A DNA stretch of 32,000 nucleotides from Edaphobacter aggregans. Its GTDB lineage: Bacteria > Acidobacteriota > Terriglobia > Terriglobales > Acidobacteriaceae. The stretch covers positions 5,760,001 to 5,792,000 of the forward strand of contig NZ_RSDW01000001.1 in assembly GCF_003945235.1 (NCBI RefSeq), in the 5' to 3' direction. Below the pieces are notes generated by a model that was not told the DNA's origin, ran no database searches, and saw nothing but the letters and a program-made list of their open reading frames with translations. Both the position numbers and the translations under genes were made by a program. Below are positions 29,657-32,000 of the stretch, piece by piece. Positions within the stretch are counted from its first letter, which is position 1, and the number at the start of each line of letters is the position of its first letter.

Positions 29657-29779
29657 GACATGCCAACCTTTCGAAGGTCAGAGAGCCCAATAGTGTTCAC
29701 CTATCCTACGCTAGTTTTCTCATCCGATTTCTGGCTAATCTATAGACATATAGCATCTTCTAGTGCCATAGCGAACACA

Positions 29780-30204
29780 AATCCCAGCAATGTCTTTGGA
29801 ATAAGTGAAGATAGAGCAGAGCTAGCCCCAAATTGTAATAAGAGCCAATTGATAACTGGAGGCCCTATGAGGGCCAAGCTAAACAGCTATTTCAACACCT
29901 CATGTTTCACGACTCCGCCTATCATTGGTCAGGATGGCATCGGGACAGGTTTTGGAAATAGCGGAACGGGGATCGTAGACGGTCCCGCACAGACGAACGT
30001 AGATCTTGCGCTTTCAAAACATTCGCGTCCACTTGGCCAAGTGCTGATAGCAACCTTCAATTTCGTACGGAACGATACAACGCGCTAAATCACCCGCAGT
30101 TTGCTAATCCCGACAACAATTTCTCGTCTCCCTCTTTCGGTGTCATTAGCAGCACGAGTGTAAATCCTCGCTTCATCCAGTTCGCACTCAAGCTCAATTT
30201 CTAG
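29780..30204 (+). pseudogene. 5'-truncated, frameshifted C-terminal remnant of a TonB-dependent receptor
   Basis: Frame 2 reads ...APNCNKSQLITGGPMRAKLNSYFNTSCFTTPPIIGQDGIGTGFGNSGTGIVDGPAQTNVDLAL. Frame 1 (30052-30204) then reads NLQFRTERYNALNHPQFANPDNNFSSPSFGVISSTSVNPRFIQFALKLNF*. This is a classic C-terminal barrel end for a TonB-dependent receptor. There is no start codon, plug or N-terminal barrel, so about 85% or more of a normal receptor is missing. The 5' boundary is approximate. Confidence 0.65.
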
Positions 30205-30239
30205 CTTCCGAGTCCTGATTTCACAGGCTACCTGCATCA

Positions 30240-30629
30240 CTAGACGACCGATGGAGAAACGTAGGATTCGCCTTTGAGTGCCGACTGTATCGCGGCAACA
30301 AGGTGGGTTTTCATGTGTGACTTGAGGACATATCCCAATGCCCCCTCTGCCAGGCACGCTTTAAGGAACTCTTCATTCGCATGGACTGTTAAGAACACAA
30401 ACGTAGCGGAAAAATTAGAGTCACGCAATTGGCTGACGGCCTCGATCCCGTTCAAAACAGGCATGGTGATGTCAGTCACAATTACGTCTGGACGAAGACG
30501 AAGAGCCTCCGACACAAGCATTGCGCCGTCAGTTGCAGTTCCCACTATATCGAAGTGGGGGTTCAAGATGGCGGTAGCAGCTTCGAGCAACGAGGGATGA
30601 TCATCAGCCAACAAAACGGTGGTTTTCAT
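30240..30629 (-). CDS. Stand-alone receiver-domain response regulator (REC only), paralogous to the REC domain of the 28985-29656 regulator
   Basis: 129 aa: VLLADDHPSLLE...VIVTDITMPVLNGIEAVSQLRD...FVFLTVHANEEFLKACLAEGALGYVLKS...ALKGESYVSP. It ends exactly where the NarL-type linker and helix-turn-helix would begin. No helix-turn-helix is encoded in any frame downstream. Confidence 0.8.
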   Translation of the reverse strand: MKTTVLLADDHPSLLEAATAILNPHFDIVGTATDGAMLVSEALRLRPDVIVTDITMPVLNGIEAVSQLRDSNFSATFVFLTVHANEEFLKACLAEGALGYVLKSHMKTHLVAAIQSALKGESYVSPSVV

Positions 30630-30929
30630 ACGTAGGCCTGATGTATTTATCTTCGATCTGGCACAGTTGCAAAAAACACAATATAGGGCGTGCGACGTCT
30701 CTCAACAACTGGGGAAATGCCTAGGTGGATGTTCCTTCCTTAGAAGGCTCGCTACTGTCTAGCCGACATGACGTTCATGGACAAGCTCATTTCACTGCGT
30801 TCTCTCCGCGACACGGAAGTGAACAGAGTACCTAGGGTTTTTCCTAGTTGTTGTCACTAGCCCAAGAGCATACAAGTATCGCAAAGCTAATGGCAGCGAC
30901 TTGTAGGACTCCAAGGAGGCACCAGACCT

Positions 30930-32000
30930 ATGAGATCGAACTTAAAGAATGCTAGGAATAACGCCTCTCTTGTCGCGGTATTATTTCTTTCCGTTATGTG
31001 GGGCCAGCCGGCTAAAGCGCAGTCCCAGGATACCCGGAAGCAGGATATACAGGAGCTCAAGGACAAACTTCAGCAATTGGAACAAATGATGGGGGAGGTG
31101 AAGGGGAAGATCACGGTGCTGGAGGGTCAGCCTGGCACGCAAAACTCAGAGGCCGGCGTTGGAGAGAGCAAGAGCGGGCCGAACGATGCCCTTGTCAGCT
31201 CAGTCGTCAACTCGCTTGATCACTATCCCGGAGCGCATGCTGCTGCAATACCCACAGTTGGCGCTCATGGTGCACAGGCGGACCAAAAGAAACCTGGATC
31301 AGAGAGCACCCTGGATATTTATGGATTCGTCATGATGGATTCCGGTTATGACTTCGGACAATCGGACCCAAGCTGGAATGACGTGTTACGACCAACGAAA
31401 CTCCCATCTTTTCCGAACGAGTTTGGGCCAAACGGACAGGCTTTTTTCAGTGTAAAGCAGACGAGATTTGGAACGAAGACGTCCACTCCGACTTCGTTTG
31501 GCGATCTGAAGACGACATTTGAGTTTGAGCTTTTCGGTACAGGTGTTGATGCAGGGCAGACCACATTCCGGCTTCGTCATGCATGGGGGGAAATGGGTCA
31601 CTTCGGCGCAGGGCAGACCTGGAGCCCGTTTATGGATATCAATGTCTTCCCGAACTCGATCGAATACTGGGGCCCTAACGGAATGGTTTTCTTCCGGAAT
31701 GTGCAGTTTCGGTGGACGCCGATCAAGACAGCGCATAACACATTCATGATTGCAGCAGAGCGTCCTGGAGCAAGCGGGGACCAGGGAGTTTACAGCGGCC
31801 GCATTGAGCTCTCGAACATTACACCTCAGTTCATTCTTCCTGATCTTTCTATGCAGGGCCACTTCGACCGGAAGTGGGGATATTTTCAGATTGCGAGCAT
31901 GTTCCGGAGAATTGCGTGGGTGGACAACAACGCGACGTCCAAGCTCAATTTCAGCGGTTCGGCATTTGGTTGGGGCATTAATGCGAGTTCGAACCTCAAA
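30930..32000 (+). CDS. DcaP-like outer-membrane porin with N-terminal coiled-coil (partial; continues past the window end)
   Basis: This open frame has no stop before the window end, so it is missing from the ORF track. An AAGGAGG Shine-Dalgarno sequence (30913-30919) precedes ATG 30930. The signal peptide is ...LFLSVMWGQPAKAQ/S. A heptad-like segment follows (QDIQELKDKLQQLEQMMGEVKGKITVLE). Porin-like strands come next: LDIYGFVMMDSGYDF, SVKQTRFGTKTSTPTSFGDLKTTFEFELFG and TFRLRHAWGEMGHFGAGQTWSPFMD. Confidence 0.7.
   Translation, partial: MRSNLKNARNNASLVAVLFLSVMWGQPAKAQSQDTRKQDIQELKDKLQQLEQMMGEVKGKITVLEGQPGTQNSEAGVGESKSGPNDALVSSVVNSLDHYPGAHAAAIPTVGAHGAQADQKKPGSESTLDIYGFVMMDSGYDFGQSDPSWNDVLRPTKLPSFPNEFGPNGQAFFSVKQTRFGTKTSTPTSFGDLKTTFEFELFGTGVDAGQTTFRLRHAWGEMGHFGAGQTWSPFMDINVFPNSIEYWGPNGMVFFRNVQFRWTPIKTAHNTFMIAAERPGASGDQGVYSGRIELSNITPQFILPDLSMQGHFDRKWGYFQIASMFRRIAWVDNNATSKLNFSGSAFGWGINASSNLK

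Noticed and set aside
30085-30357. 90-aa minus-strand ORF spanning the receptor remnant and the response-regulator 3' end. The 158-aa minus-strand ORF at 31386-31862 was considered alongside it.
   Set aside because: The first overlaps the recognisable TonB-dependent receptor remnant and the REC gene in other frames, and has no motif. The second is antisense to the well-supported DcaP-like porin frame.

Overview
The window is a moderately GC-rich chromosomal segment. Its gene content and domain architectures, especially a CarboxypepD_reg-type TonB-dependent receptor and large secreted M14 peptidases, suggest a soil Acidobacteriota-like organism; this is inference only. It is dominated by envelope-linked peptide and amino-acid catabolism.

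**Gene clusters**
- (i) 3179-11836 (+): a secreted M14 carboxypeptidase, a TonB-dependent receptor and an S9 serine peptidase. Together they look like a TonB-dependent peptide-utilisation locus.
- (ii) 18744-11840 (-): a histidine-utilisation operon, hutH-hutU-hutI-hutF plus an M20/ArgE-like deacylase. All four gene junctions are ATGA stop/start overlaps, and the M20 gene sits where hutG is expected.
- (iii) A divergent Lrp/AsnC regulator followed by a second M14 paralog.
- (iv) 28835-22846 (-): an asparagine/aspartate cluster. It encodes an AAE-family (AspT/YidE-like) transporter, an aspartate ammonia-lyase with a signal-peptide-like N-terminal extension, a frameshifted periplasmic type II asparaginase and an OprO/P-like porin.
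- (v) Two kinase-less response regulators flank a C-terminal remnant of another TonB-dependent receptor.
- (vi) A DcaP-like porin runs off the 3' end of the window and is absent from the ORF track.

The 5' end carries a heavily frameshifted FlgD-Ig/NHL-repeat pseudogene. I found no tRNA, rRNA, CRISPR array or recognisable IS element or transposase.

The most interesting hypotheses are the M20 enzyme as a non-orthologous N-formylglutamate deformylase, an exported or membrane-anchored aspartase, and the peptidase/TonB-dependent-receptor peptide-uptake module.
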